DNA from: a virus
DNA length: 44,346 nucleotides
Strand: one strand, 5' to 3'
Virus record (IMG/VR): IMGVR_UViG_3300029843_000012
The notes under the pieces are model-generated. The model ran no database searches and had not been told where the DNA came from. It saw only the letters and a list, made by a program, of their open reading frames with translations. Within the stretch, counting starts at the first letter, position 1, and each line of letters opens with the position of its first letter. Positions 1 through 7,928 of this stretch are shown in pieces. The position numbers and the translations under genes are program-made.

Positions 1-70
1 TGGGGTGTTGTTGAGTGGGTGCAAGTCCACGGCAACGACTTTTTCGCAAAGATGTTCAATTGCGATTTCT
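1..70. repeat. Terminal direct repeat, identical to 44277..44346 (circular-assembly overlap or terminal redundancy)
   Basis: The first 70 nt (TGGGGTGTTGTTGAGTGGGTGCAAGTCC...CAATTGCGATTTCT) recur exactly as the last 70 nt of the window. Confidence 0.95.
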
Positions 71-186
71 GTTTGTCCTTTTGGGCGGGGGTTGCTTTGG
101 CAATCCTTTTGGCGTTTATAACCGGGAACCCGGCATTGTTGTTGGTTCCCTTTTGTTCAACCATGATAACACGTTATTTGCTATGA
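1..186 (+). CDS. Small integral membrane protein, C-terminal part; the gene wraps the circular junction and starts at 44199
   Basis: Frame 1 continues the ORF that opens at ATG 44199 and stops at TGA 184-186. The joined 87-aa product is MSMAAFLYYTVMVALVAAFGLTLLSKWGVVEWVQVHGNDFFAKMFNCDFCLSFWAGVALAILLAFITGNPALLLVPFCSTMITRYLL. It has hydrophobic helices and a C-D-F-C-x-S-F-W motif. Confidence 0.6.
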   Translation, partial: WGVVEWVQVHGNDFFAKMFNCDFCLSFWAGVALAILLAFITGNPALLLVPFCSTMITRYLL

Positions 187-956
187 AAACGGTTAAGATA
201 GGGGAATACACGGTTGAGATATACGACGCAATCGACGAATTACCGATGTTGCGTTTCCATAAATACAATAAAATGTTGTTGGTTGATGCCGGGATTGGTT
301 CGGATTTACAGGATTTCGACACGCATATTGAAAAGGCAATGAGATACGCCCGGAGCAAAACCCCGGAATTGGCGGCAATCGAATTGGATAATATGCGGCA
401 AAACGTGTATTTCATTCAATCCGGGTTAAGCCCGAAATGTTTAGCGTTTGCCGTGTTGGTTAAATCAATCGACGGAACCCCGTACAACGATTTATCCGAC
501 GATGGGTTGCAAAAGGTCGTCGATATGTTCGGCGACGTTCCGATTAAAGAGTTGACCGCCCAAATGGAAGCGGTCAAAAAAAAAATAGATGATGAATTGC
601 AAATGTATTTCCCCCGTATGTTCGACGATGCGACGGTTAAAGAGTATTACGACGAATTGCGCAACCGCACAATCTTAATGTTGGATGCGATTATAAACGG
701 CGATACAGAGGACAAACGGGCGGAAATTGATAAAATAACGACGATGTTGTTGTTGTACAATCGCCCGGTTGTTTTTAGTGGTTCCGATAACATGGAAATT
801 CAGTACGATAAACAGTTTGAAAATATGTGTTTAACCATATCCCAACATTTACACGTACCGGAGCCAAAGAAATACACCGTTTTAGAGTATTACAACGCAT
901 TTGAGCGGATAAAGGAGTTGTTGAAACCAACCAAAAATAAAAACGGCGTCAAATAA
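183..956 (+). CDS. Hypothetical protein in the tail assembly chaperone position, immediately upstream of the tape measure gene
   Basis: The first ATG of ORF 15..956 is at 183 (MKTVKIGEYTVEIYD...). It overlaps the upstream stop as ATGA. The 15..182 GTG extension overlaps the wrap-around gene. No motif recognised. Confidence 0.7.
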   Translation: MKTVKIGEYTVEIYDAIDELPMLRFHKYNKMLLVDAGIGSDLQDFDTHIEKAMRYARSKTPELAAIELDNMRQNVYFIQSGLSPKCLAFAVLVKSIDGTPYNDLSDDGLQKVVDMFGDVPIKELTAQMEAVKKKIDDELQMYFPRMFDDATVKEYYDELRNRTILMLDAIINGDTEDKRAEIDKITTMLLLYNRPVVFSGSDNMEIQYDKQFENMCLTISQHLHVPEPKKYTVLEYYNAFERIKELLKPTKNKNGVK

Positions 957-1052
957 GGCGATTTGCGGCATTGTTTTTCTTTGGTTGATTAACTACACGG
1001 AAAAGAAAAGATAATTTAATACGGGGCAAATTGCCCGCAAATAACGTTAAGT

Positions 1053-4000
1053 ATGGCAGATAATAACAACCCAATTAAATATAGCGACCTTGTAAAGCCG
1101 GACGATAGTATTACAAAGTTGATTGCTCAATTAGACCAATTGAGCGACGCTTATATGAATACTTTGAATAATATCAAAAGCGAGGCAATCACGGTTAAGG
1201 CAGCGTTGGAAAGTGTAAGCGGTGCGACGGAAAGCGGACGTAAAACAATCCGGGGTGCGTCGAATGACACCGATAAATTAACACGGGCGGCACGGGATTT
1301 GGCGTTTGCGGAAAGTGAGAACGCCAAACGATTAGCCGAATTGAAGCAAGCCCAAAAAGAGGCAAACGAATTGAATAAACTAACGACCCGGCTAAATCAA
1401 TCCGCTGAGGGGTCGTATAATCGTTTGTCCGCTCAATATTCCATTAATAAGATATACCTTAACAACATGACGGTTGAGGAACGGGAGGCGACGGAAGAGG
1501 GGCGCAAATTGGTTGCTGAAACCAAAGCAATATACGAAGAAATGAAGCGATTGCAAGAAGCAACCGGGAAAACGTCGCTAAACGTCGGTAATTATTCGGA
1601 TGCCGCCAAAGGTTTAACAACTCAAATTGAAAATCAAACAAAGGAGTTGGCATTAATGCGTTTGGAGGGCAAACAGGGAACCGAGGAATACAGACGGTTA
1701 AGTCAAGAAACCGCCGTGTTGCGTGATGCTGTTAAGGATGCAACCGCCGAAATTACAAATATGGCTTCTGATACATCTAATTTGGATGCAGTATTAGGAT
1801 TTGCGGCGGGTGCATCCGGTGGGTTTGCTGCATTTACGGGCGCAATGGAGTTGTTCGGGTCTGAAAGCGAGGAAGTCGAGGAAGCACAAAAGAAGTTACA
1901 GGCGGCAATCGCAATAACAACCGGGGTGCAAGCTATTCAAAACGCCGTGCAAAAACAATCGGCATTGATGTTGGGTATTTCCCGCATACAAATGGCGGCA
2001 TTGAGTAAGGCACAAGTATATAACCGCCTTGTTACCATTCAAGGGACAAAAGCGACGTTGGCGGCAACCGTTGCACAAAAGGCGTTCAATCTGATTGCGT
2101 CGGCTAATCCTTATGTTCTTTTGGCTTTGGCTTTGGTTACGGTTGTGGGGGCTTTAGTCCTGTTTGCCTCAAATACTGATAAGTCGGCAAAGAACCAACA
2201 AAAATTAAATGAAGCGCAAAAAGTTTGGTTGGATTATCTGGAAACCGAGGCAACCGAAATGAACCGAGTAAGCAACGAACGTATTGCACAATTGAACCGA
2301 GAATTGAATGTTGCCAAAGCCCGCAACGCTTCATTATCCGAAACCCGTAAAATAGAGGACAAAATATTAGCGGAACGGACACGGGCACACAACAAAAGCG
2401 TTGGTTTTTATGGCGAGGAAATAGATAATTTGGAGGCGAACCGGGCAAAGTTGAAGCAATTACAGGAAATGTTAGTCCAAGTAAACAACGCCAAATCTCA
2501 AGGGGATAAGACTATAAAAATAGACGTTGATTTAGACGGGAAAATTGATAAAGTTAAGGTTGATGATGCGATTGAGGCAATACAGGGGCAAATAGATAAT
2601 ACCGGAAAATCGGTTGATATTGCCGTTAATCTATTAACAGAGGGGGCGGATTTAGAAGCCGAAAGAAAGATACAAGCCGCCCAACGTTTGCAGGAAAACC
2701 GGGATGCAGCAAAAGCGGAAACCGATATATTACGTAAGGCGGAAGATACCCGTATTGCACTAATCCAAGATACATACAAGCAAAGACAGGCGCAAACACA
2801 AGCCGCCAACGCCCGTGCGATTGCTGATATACAATTGCAGTTGAGAACCGAAACCAATTTAACCGTTAATGCTCGTAAGGCGTTGAATGAACAAATTGTT
2901 TTGTTGCGTGAACAATTGGCAATTGATTTGGCTAACATTGAGAATGAACAACGGGCGGCGGAATTAGCCGCACAACGGACAACGCAGGACGCCCGGATTG
3001 CTTTAATGGCAGAGGGGGCGGAAAAGCAACGGGAACAATTACGGGTTGAGTATGAAAGACAGATACAAGATATTACAACCCGTTTAGAAACGGAGCGGGG
3101 ATTAACCGAAACGCAAACAACCGAGTTGTTAAACCAACAAATCCTTTTGCAGCAACAATATGCAAAGAGTTTGGGAGAATTGAACGACCAAATTACAATT
3201 AACCAAATGCAAGCCGCCGCAGACCGGACGCAATTACAATTGGATGCCGTCCGGGAGGGTTCGCAGGAGGAAATAAATTTGCGTATTCAACTATTACAGC
3301 AACAACGGGAAATCGAATTGGCACAAAATAGGCAGTTAGCCGAAGACGTTCGCCAATCGGAAGCGGATATTAATGCCAAATATGATGCCGAGGTATTGCG
3401 CCAAACAACCGAGTTAAACCAACAACGGGCGTTAATGTTATTCGACCAACAACAAGCGTTAGAGGCTTCGGAGTTTGATTTAATCCGCAATTCAGAGGAA
3501 AAGAAAACCCGGTTCCGGTTGGAGCAAGAAAAGGCACGGTTACAAAAGATATTGGAGTTGAACAAAGCGGCGGGCGTTAAAATGACGGATGCCGAGTTGC
3601 AAACGGTTCAAAACACCATTGCCAAAATAGACCAAGAAATTGAGAAAAGCAAAGGCGACGAACGGGGTAACGATATATACGGGTTGTTTGGTTTGAATTT
3701 GGACGACGACCAAAAGGAGGCAATCAGTACATCCGTTGAATTTGCTATTGAACAATTGAATAGTTTTTTGGATGCCAAGGTACAAGCCGCCGAAGCCGCC
3801 GTTAGTGCCGCCGACCAAGAAGTTGACGCAAGCCAACGCCGTTTAGATGCGGAATTAGAAGCACGGGCGAACGGTTACGCCAATAACGTTGCAATGGCGC
3901 AAAAAGAGTTAGATATGGCGAAAAAGAACCAAGAAAAAGCCCTAAAGGAGCAACAAAAGGCGCAAAAGGCACAGGCGGCAATACAGACCATACAACAAAT

Positions 4001-4550
4001 TGGCAACCTTGTAACGGCTTCTGCTTTGATTTGGTCGCAATTGGGATTTCCGTTTGCAATTCCTGCAATTGCCGTAATGTGGGGTTCGTTTGCAGCCTCA
4101 AAGATTAAGGCGGCGCAATTGGCTAAACAATCTAATGCAGGTCAAGGAACCGAAAGTTACGGCGATGGTACGGTTGAATTATTGAACGGAGGTTCGCACC
4201 AATCCGGCGACGATGTGGATTTAGGAACCAAGCCGGACGGAACCCGGCGACGTGCCGAGGGTGGGGAATTTTTCGCCGTTATCAATAAACGAAATTCCCG
4301 CAAATACCGCCGGATTATCCCGGACGTTATTAATAGTTTGAACCGTGGCACCTTTGCCAAAAAGTACTTAAACGCTTACAACACCGACGGCGTTAATATT
4401 TCCCTGCAACAAGGCAGTACGCCGGATTTGCGGGATTTGAAAGACGATGTACGGGAGATTAAGGAACAAAACCGCCGCCGCCGTTATGTGGATGGCAACG
4501 GAAATGTTGTTGAAGTATATAAGAATTTGACACGTAAATTTAAAAGTTAA
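1053..4550 (+). CDS. Tail tape measure protein
   Basis: The 1165-aa product is dominated by Q/E/A/K/L-rich coiled-coil sequence. It has central hydrophobic segments (GFAAGASGGFAAFTGAMELFG, PYVLLALALVTVVGALVLFA, LGFPFAIPAIAVMWGSFAA). It lies directly upstream of the tail-tip genes. Confidence 0.9.
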   Translation: MADNNNPIKYSDLVKPDDSITKLIAQLDQLSDAYMNTLNNIKSEAITVKAALESVSGATESGRKTIRGASNDTDKLTRAARDLAFAESENAKRLAELKQAQKEANELNKLTTRLNQSAEGSYNRLSAQYSINKIYLNNMTVEEREATEEGRKLVAETKAIYEEMKRLQEATGKTSLNVGNYSDAAKGLTTQIENQTKELALMRLEGKQGTEEYRRLSQETAVLRDAVKDATAEITNMASDTSNLDAVLGFAAGASGGFAAFTGAMELFGSESEEVEEAQKKLQAAIAITTGVQAIQNAVQKQSALMLGISRIQMAALSKAQVYNRLVTIQGTKATLAATVAQKAFNLIASANPYVLLALALVTVVGALVLFASNTDKSAKNQQKLNEAQKVWLDYLETEATEMNRVSNERIAQLNRELNVAKARNASLSETRKIEDKILAERTRAHNKSVGFYGEEIDNLEANRAKLKQLQEMLVQVNNAKSQGDKTIKIDVDLDGKIDKVKVDDAIEAIQGQIDNTGKSVDIAVNLLTEGADLEAERKIQAAQRLQENRDAAKAETDILRKAEDTRIALIQDTYKQRQAQTQAANARAIADIQLQLRTETNLTVNARKALNEQIVLLREQLAIDLANIENEQRAAELAAQRTTQDARIALMAEGAEKQREQLRVEYERQIQDITTRLETERGLTETQTTELLNQQILLQQQYAKSLGELNDQITINQMQAAADRTQLQLDAVREGSQEEINLRIQLLQQQREIELAQNRQLAEDVRQSEADINAKYDAEVLRQTTELNQQRALMLFDQQQALEASEFDLIRNSEEKKTRFRLEQEKARLQKILELNKAAGVKMTDAELQTVQNTIAKIDQEIEKSKGDERGNDIYGLFGLNLDDDQKEAISTSVEFAIEQLNSFLDAKVQAAEAAVSAADQEVDASQRRLDAELEARANGYANNVAMAQKELDMAKKNQEKALKEQQKAQKAQAAIQTIQQIGNLVTASALIWSQLGFPFAIPAIAVMWGSFAASKIKAAQLAKQSNAGQGTESYGDGTVELLNGGSHQSGDDVDLGTKPDGTRRRAEGGEFFAVINKRNSRKYRRIIPDVINSLNRGTFAKKYLNAYNTDGVNISLQQGSTPDLRDLKDDVREIKEQNRRRRYVDGNGNVVEVYKNLTRKFKS

Positions 4551-4553
4551 GAT

Positions 4554-7061
4554 ATGAACCCGATTTATAGATTTGGATTTGTAAACACGTTCTTTGTTGA
4601 TGGGTATGCAGTGGGAACCGATGAAACCCACACAAGCCCTAACTATTCCTACACAAAGGAGTATATACCCGTTACCAATGTTTACCCCCGAAAAATGTAT
4701 ATGAGTATCGCCCCGGAAAATGCCGGGGTTTGGTACGATTCAAACAAAAACATAATATCAAATTTTGGTTCTAATCCCCCGGCTGCAAATGTGGAATTTG
4801 ATATACCAAGCGGGGCGGCATACGTCCGGGTTAATTTCCCTTTGTCGTCCCGTCGTGCGGGTACGGCATGGTTGAGATTTGGAACGATGGATGCGGAAAA
4901 CTATATTGCCCCTTATACCGTGCATCCCAATTATAAGGATGATTTGGCAAAGGAATACGAATTAGAGACAAACCAACGTTTTTACCGGGCTAAATTATCC
5001 GGCAAATTATCGTTTATCCGGGATGATTACGATTATATCAATAATAAGCCATTTGATACGACGTTTTTATTGCAGATTGAGAAAAGCAACGACGGCGGCA
5101 AAACATGGACGGTATATTATTCCGGGCAATTTATGAAAACCGATTGTACGTTTGTTGACTATGATAAGAAAGTAACCGTACAACCGGACACGATAGACGA
5201 ATATAACGATGTGTTGGCAGGTTTGGAGAAAGAGTATAATTTGATAACGTTAGCCCCGTCGGTTCAACGAATAACCATAAACAAACGCCCGTTGATTCAA
5301 ATATATGTGCCGGGCGATACTATTGTTTCCTGTTTTTTGGGCGGTACGAATTGGGAACAAGACGCAAACGCCACAACCGACCAAAGCGCACTAATTCAAA
5401 CATATCATTTTGCTTTGTGCAATATATTAAAAGAGATACAAATAACATCCGGCGGTACCCCGTCGGCGGTAGCGGGTTTGTATTCGGGACGAATGGCGAC
5501 GGGTTCAAGTGCTGACGAATTTACAGGAAATTTATACCCGGACAATAGCAATGGTTATTATATCCTTATTTCGCAAAAACGTTTAGTCGGGGGCATACCA
5601 TTTGGGGTGGCTTCTGTACAAATACGCCGCCAATCGGATGATGTGAAAATGTTTGAATATGCAAAAATAACGGATGAACCTTTTGATACATTAGAGTTTG
5701 ATTTACACGCCGCCGAGGGTTCCGGGGCAACCGGAACAATGCACGCAGATATGAAGTCTTATAATATTTATGCACGTTATTTGTGTGATGTTGATAAAAT
5801 CGACGACTTAAATACATATCCGTTGCCCGCCGACGATATTGTTGATAATAACCGTAATTATAGCCGTGCAATTGGTTACGCAATTGATGTGGCATTTATT
5901 TCTAACAGGTTTTCCGATACGCCAACCGAGTGGGGATTAGCGGATAACGGGAAGTATTTCCGCCCGCCTTATTCCATATACGGGCAAACCTTTTACCCAA
6001 TTGCCCGGTCAACGTGGCGTTATGCGTCGTTGTGGTTTGGCTTTTATCTGATGGATTGGATATTAGAAGAGAAAGCCCGGAAAGCATATACTTTGCGTGA
6101 TGCGTTCCCGGTTGCATCCTGTATTTCTGTTTTGCTCAATGAGATTGCACCGGGCGTTAAGCATGAAGCCACGGCGGAATATAGCCAATTTTTATATAGT
6201 GGGAACAACCCGATTTCCGGTTTGAATTTCCGGTTGCTTGTATCGCAGAAAACCAATATCATAAACGGCGAATATCAGCAACCCGCACAAAAAGCCCCGA
6301 CGACCTTACAACAATTTACCAATATGTTGCGAGATTGTTTTAAGTGCTATTGGTTTATTGAGGGAGGCAAATTTAAAATTGAACACGTTCAGTATTTCAA
6401 AAACGGCGGTTCATACGGCGGGAATGTTGTAGTTAGTCGAGATTTGACGCAGGAAATAAATTTGCGTAACGGCAAGGCGTGGGCGTTCAATACGTCGGAA
6501 TATTCATTTGATAAGGTTGATTTGGCGGAAAGGTATCAATTTGAATGGATGGATGATGTAACAACGCCGTTTGAGGGGTACCCGATACAGGTAATAAGCA
6601 AGTATGTAACGCCCGGAAAGATTGAGGAAATAAATATATCTAATTTCACGTCCGATATTGATATGATGTTATTGAACCCCGGAAATATGAGTTCGGACGG
6701 GTTCGCCTTGTTTGCCGCCGTTCCGCCCCAATCCGGTAGCCAATGGATTTTGCCTTTTACCCAACGAACCATTAACGGCGTGGAATACTTTTTGCAGAAT
6801 GGATATTTAGCATTTATCAATTTGCAACAACCTTATTGGATGTATGATTTGCCCGCCCGTCGTGTTAATATAAATGGTACCGATACATACGCATACGGTA
6901 TTGAGAGAAAGAAGAAACAGACGCTTAATTTCCCGGCTTATGACGACCCCAACCCAATGCAGTTAATAAAAACCTGTTTGGGTAACGGTCAAGTTGATAA
7001 ATTAAGCGTAAATTTGCATAGTCGTTCTATTAAAGCAACATTGAAGTATGACACCGAATAA
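4554..7061 (+). CDS. Tail protein (distal tail or tail-tip position), function unassigned
   Basis: The 835-aa ORF starts 4 nt after the tape measure stop. The call rests on gene order only. Confidence 0.7.
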   Translation: MNPIYRFGFVNTFFVDGYAVGTDETHTSPNYSYTKEYIPVTNVYPRKMYMSIAPENAGVWYDSNKNIISNFGSNPPAANVEFDIPSGAAYVRVNFPLSSRRAGTAWLRFGTMDAENYIAPYTVHPNYKDDLAKEYELETNQRFYRAKLSGKLSFIRDDYDYINNKPFDTTFLLQIEKSNDGGKTWTVYYSGQFMKTDCTFVDYDKKVTVQPDTIDEYNDVLAGLEKEYNLITLAPSVQRITINKRPLIQIYVPGDTIVSCFLGGTNWEQDANATTDQSALIQTYHFALCNILKEIQITSGGTPSAVAGLYSGRMATGSSADEFTGNLYPDNSNGYYILISQKRLVGGIPFGVASVQIRRQSDDVKMFEYAKITDEPFDTLEFDLHAAEGSGATGTMHADMKSYNIYARYLCDVDKIDDLNTYPLPADDIVDNNRNYSRAIGYAIDVAFISNRFSDTPTEWGLADNGKYFRPPYSIYGQTFYPIARSTWRYASLWFGFYLMDWILEEKARKAYTLRDAFPVASCISVLLNEIAPGVKHEATAEYSQFLYSGNNPISGLNFRLLVSQKTNIINGEYQQPAQKAPTTLQQFTNMLRDCFKCYWFIEGGKFKIEHVQYFKNGGSYGGNVVVSRDLTQEINLRNGKAWAFNTSEYSFDKVDLAERYQFEWMDDVTTPFEGYPIQVISKYVTPGKIEEINISNFTSDIDMMLLNPGNMSSDGFALFAAVPPQSGSQWILPFTQRTINGVEYFLQNGYLAFINLQQPYWMYDLPARRVNINGTDTYAYGIERKKKQTLNFPAYDDPNPMQLIKTCLGNGQVDKLSVNLHSRSIKATLKYDTE

Positions 7062-7917
7062 CAATTTATCCGTATTGCCCTTTTATAATAACAGGGAATA
7101 CCAAGATTTCCGCAAATCTTATGCGTATGGCGACGTTTACCCGTTGTTTACGCCGTTGAATAAACTATTGCCGTTTCAAATAATCCGTCCGACCCGCTCT
7201 AATGCGATTCAGTGGGTGCGGATATACGATTATAAGATAACCCGTGTATTGGGAGATATAACGCAGCAAATGTTAGAAACCGGGTTGCAAATATTCCGGT
7301 TTGCTAATTACGGTTATGACGTTATTGTTTATCCCGGTATTATGCCGATGGCTTTAAAATTCCCGGAGGGACGATATACGATAATGATAAACGACGGTGT
7401 TAATACATTCGTTTCGGACGTGTTTACATGGGTTAGCGGTTCAATGGATGGATATTTGTGCATAGAGTGGAGCGATGCGCAAAACATGGAAGTTGACGGC
7501 GGGCAAATCGTGTACGAGGGTGTGCAATTCAAAAACCGGGTTTACGTTTGTTCGGAGTTAGGAAAACCGGAATATAAGTTTGAGGAAGAGGGAGAAGAGC
7601 GGGACGGATATTTTTTCCCGGAAAAACAGATTTCCGAAAAAACGTTTCGGTTTATCTTTTTGGCACCCGAATACCTTTGCGACGTTATGCGGTTAATTCG
7701 TATGAGTGATTTTGTTACGGTATATAGTCAAGGCAGAAAATACGATTGCGACACGTTTCTAATTACCCCCAAATGGCAAACGCAGGGCAATTTAGCATCC
7801 GTTGAATGTGAATTTGAATGCGCAACCGTGGTTAAGAAAATCGGACGGGGTGTTTTACCGCCGGGAACAAATGGAGATTACAATAATGATTATAACAATG
7901 ATTTTAATAATCAATAA
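7048..7917 (+). CDS. Tail or baseplate protein, function unassigned
   Basis: The 289-aa ORF overlaps the upstream gene by 14 nt and lies between the tail-tip protein and the receptor-binding protein. Confidence 0.7.
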   Translation: MTPNNNLSVLPFYNNREYQDFRKSYAYGDVYPLFTPLNKLLPFQIIRPTRSNAIQWVRIYDYKITRVLGDITQQMLETGLQIFRFANYGYDVIVYPGIMPMALKFPEGRYTIMINDGVNTFVSDVFTWVSGSMDGYLCIEWSDAQNMEVDGGQIVYEGVQFKNRVYVCSELGKPEYKFEEEGEERDGYFFPEKQISEKTFRFIFLAPEYLCDVMRLIRMSDFVTVYSQGRKYDCDTFLITPKWQTQGNLASVECEFECATVVKKIGRGVLPPGTNGDYNNDYNNDFNNQ

Positions 7918-7928
7918 TTTTATTTAGT

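Noticed and set aside
1-70. Terminal repeat considered as prophage att sites or true direct terminal repeats
   Set aside because: No integrase is present and there is no flanking host DNA. An ORF reads continuously through the junction, which favours a circular-assembly overlap. True terminal redundancy cannot be excluded from sequence alone.
15-182. N-terminal extension of ORF 15..956 from a GTG start
   Set aside because: The region is occupied in another frame by the wrap-around membrane-protein gene, which ends at 186. The first ATG (183) forms an ATGA junction with that stop.
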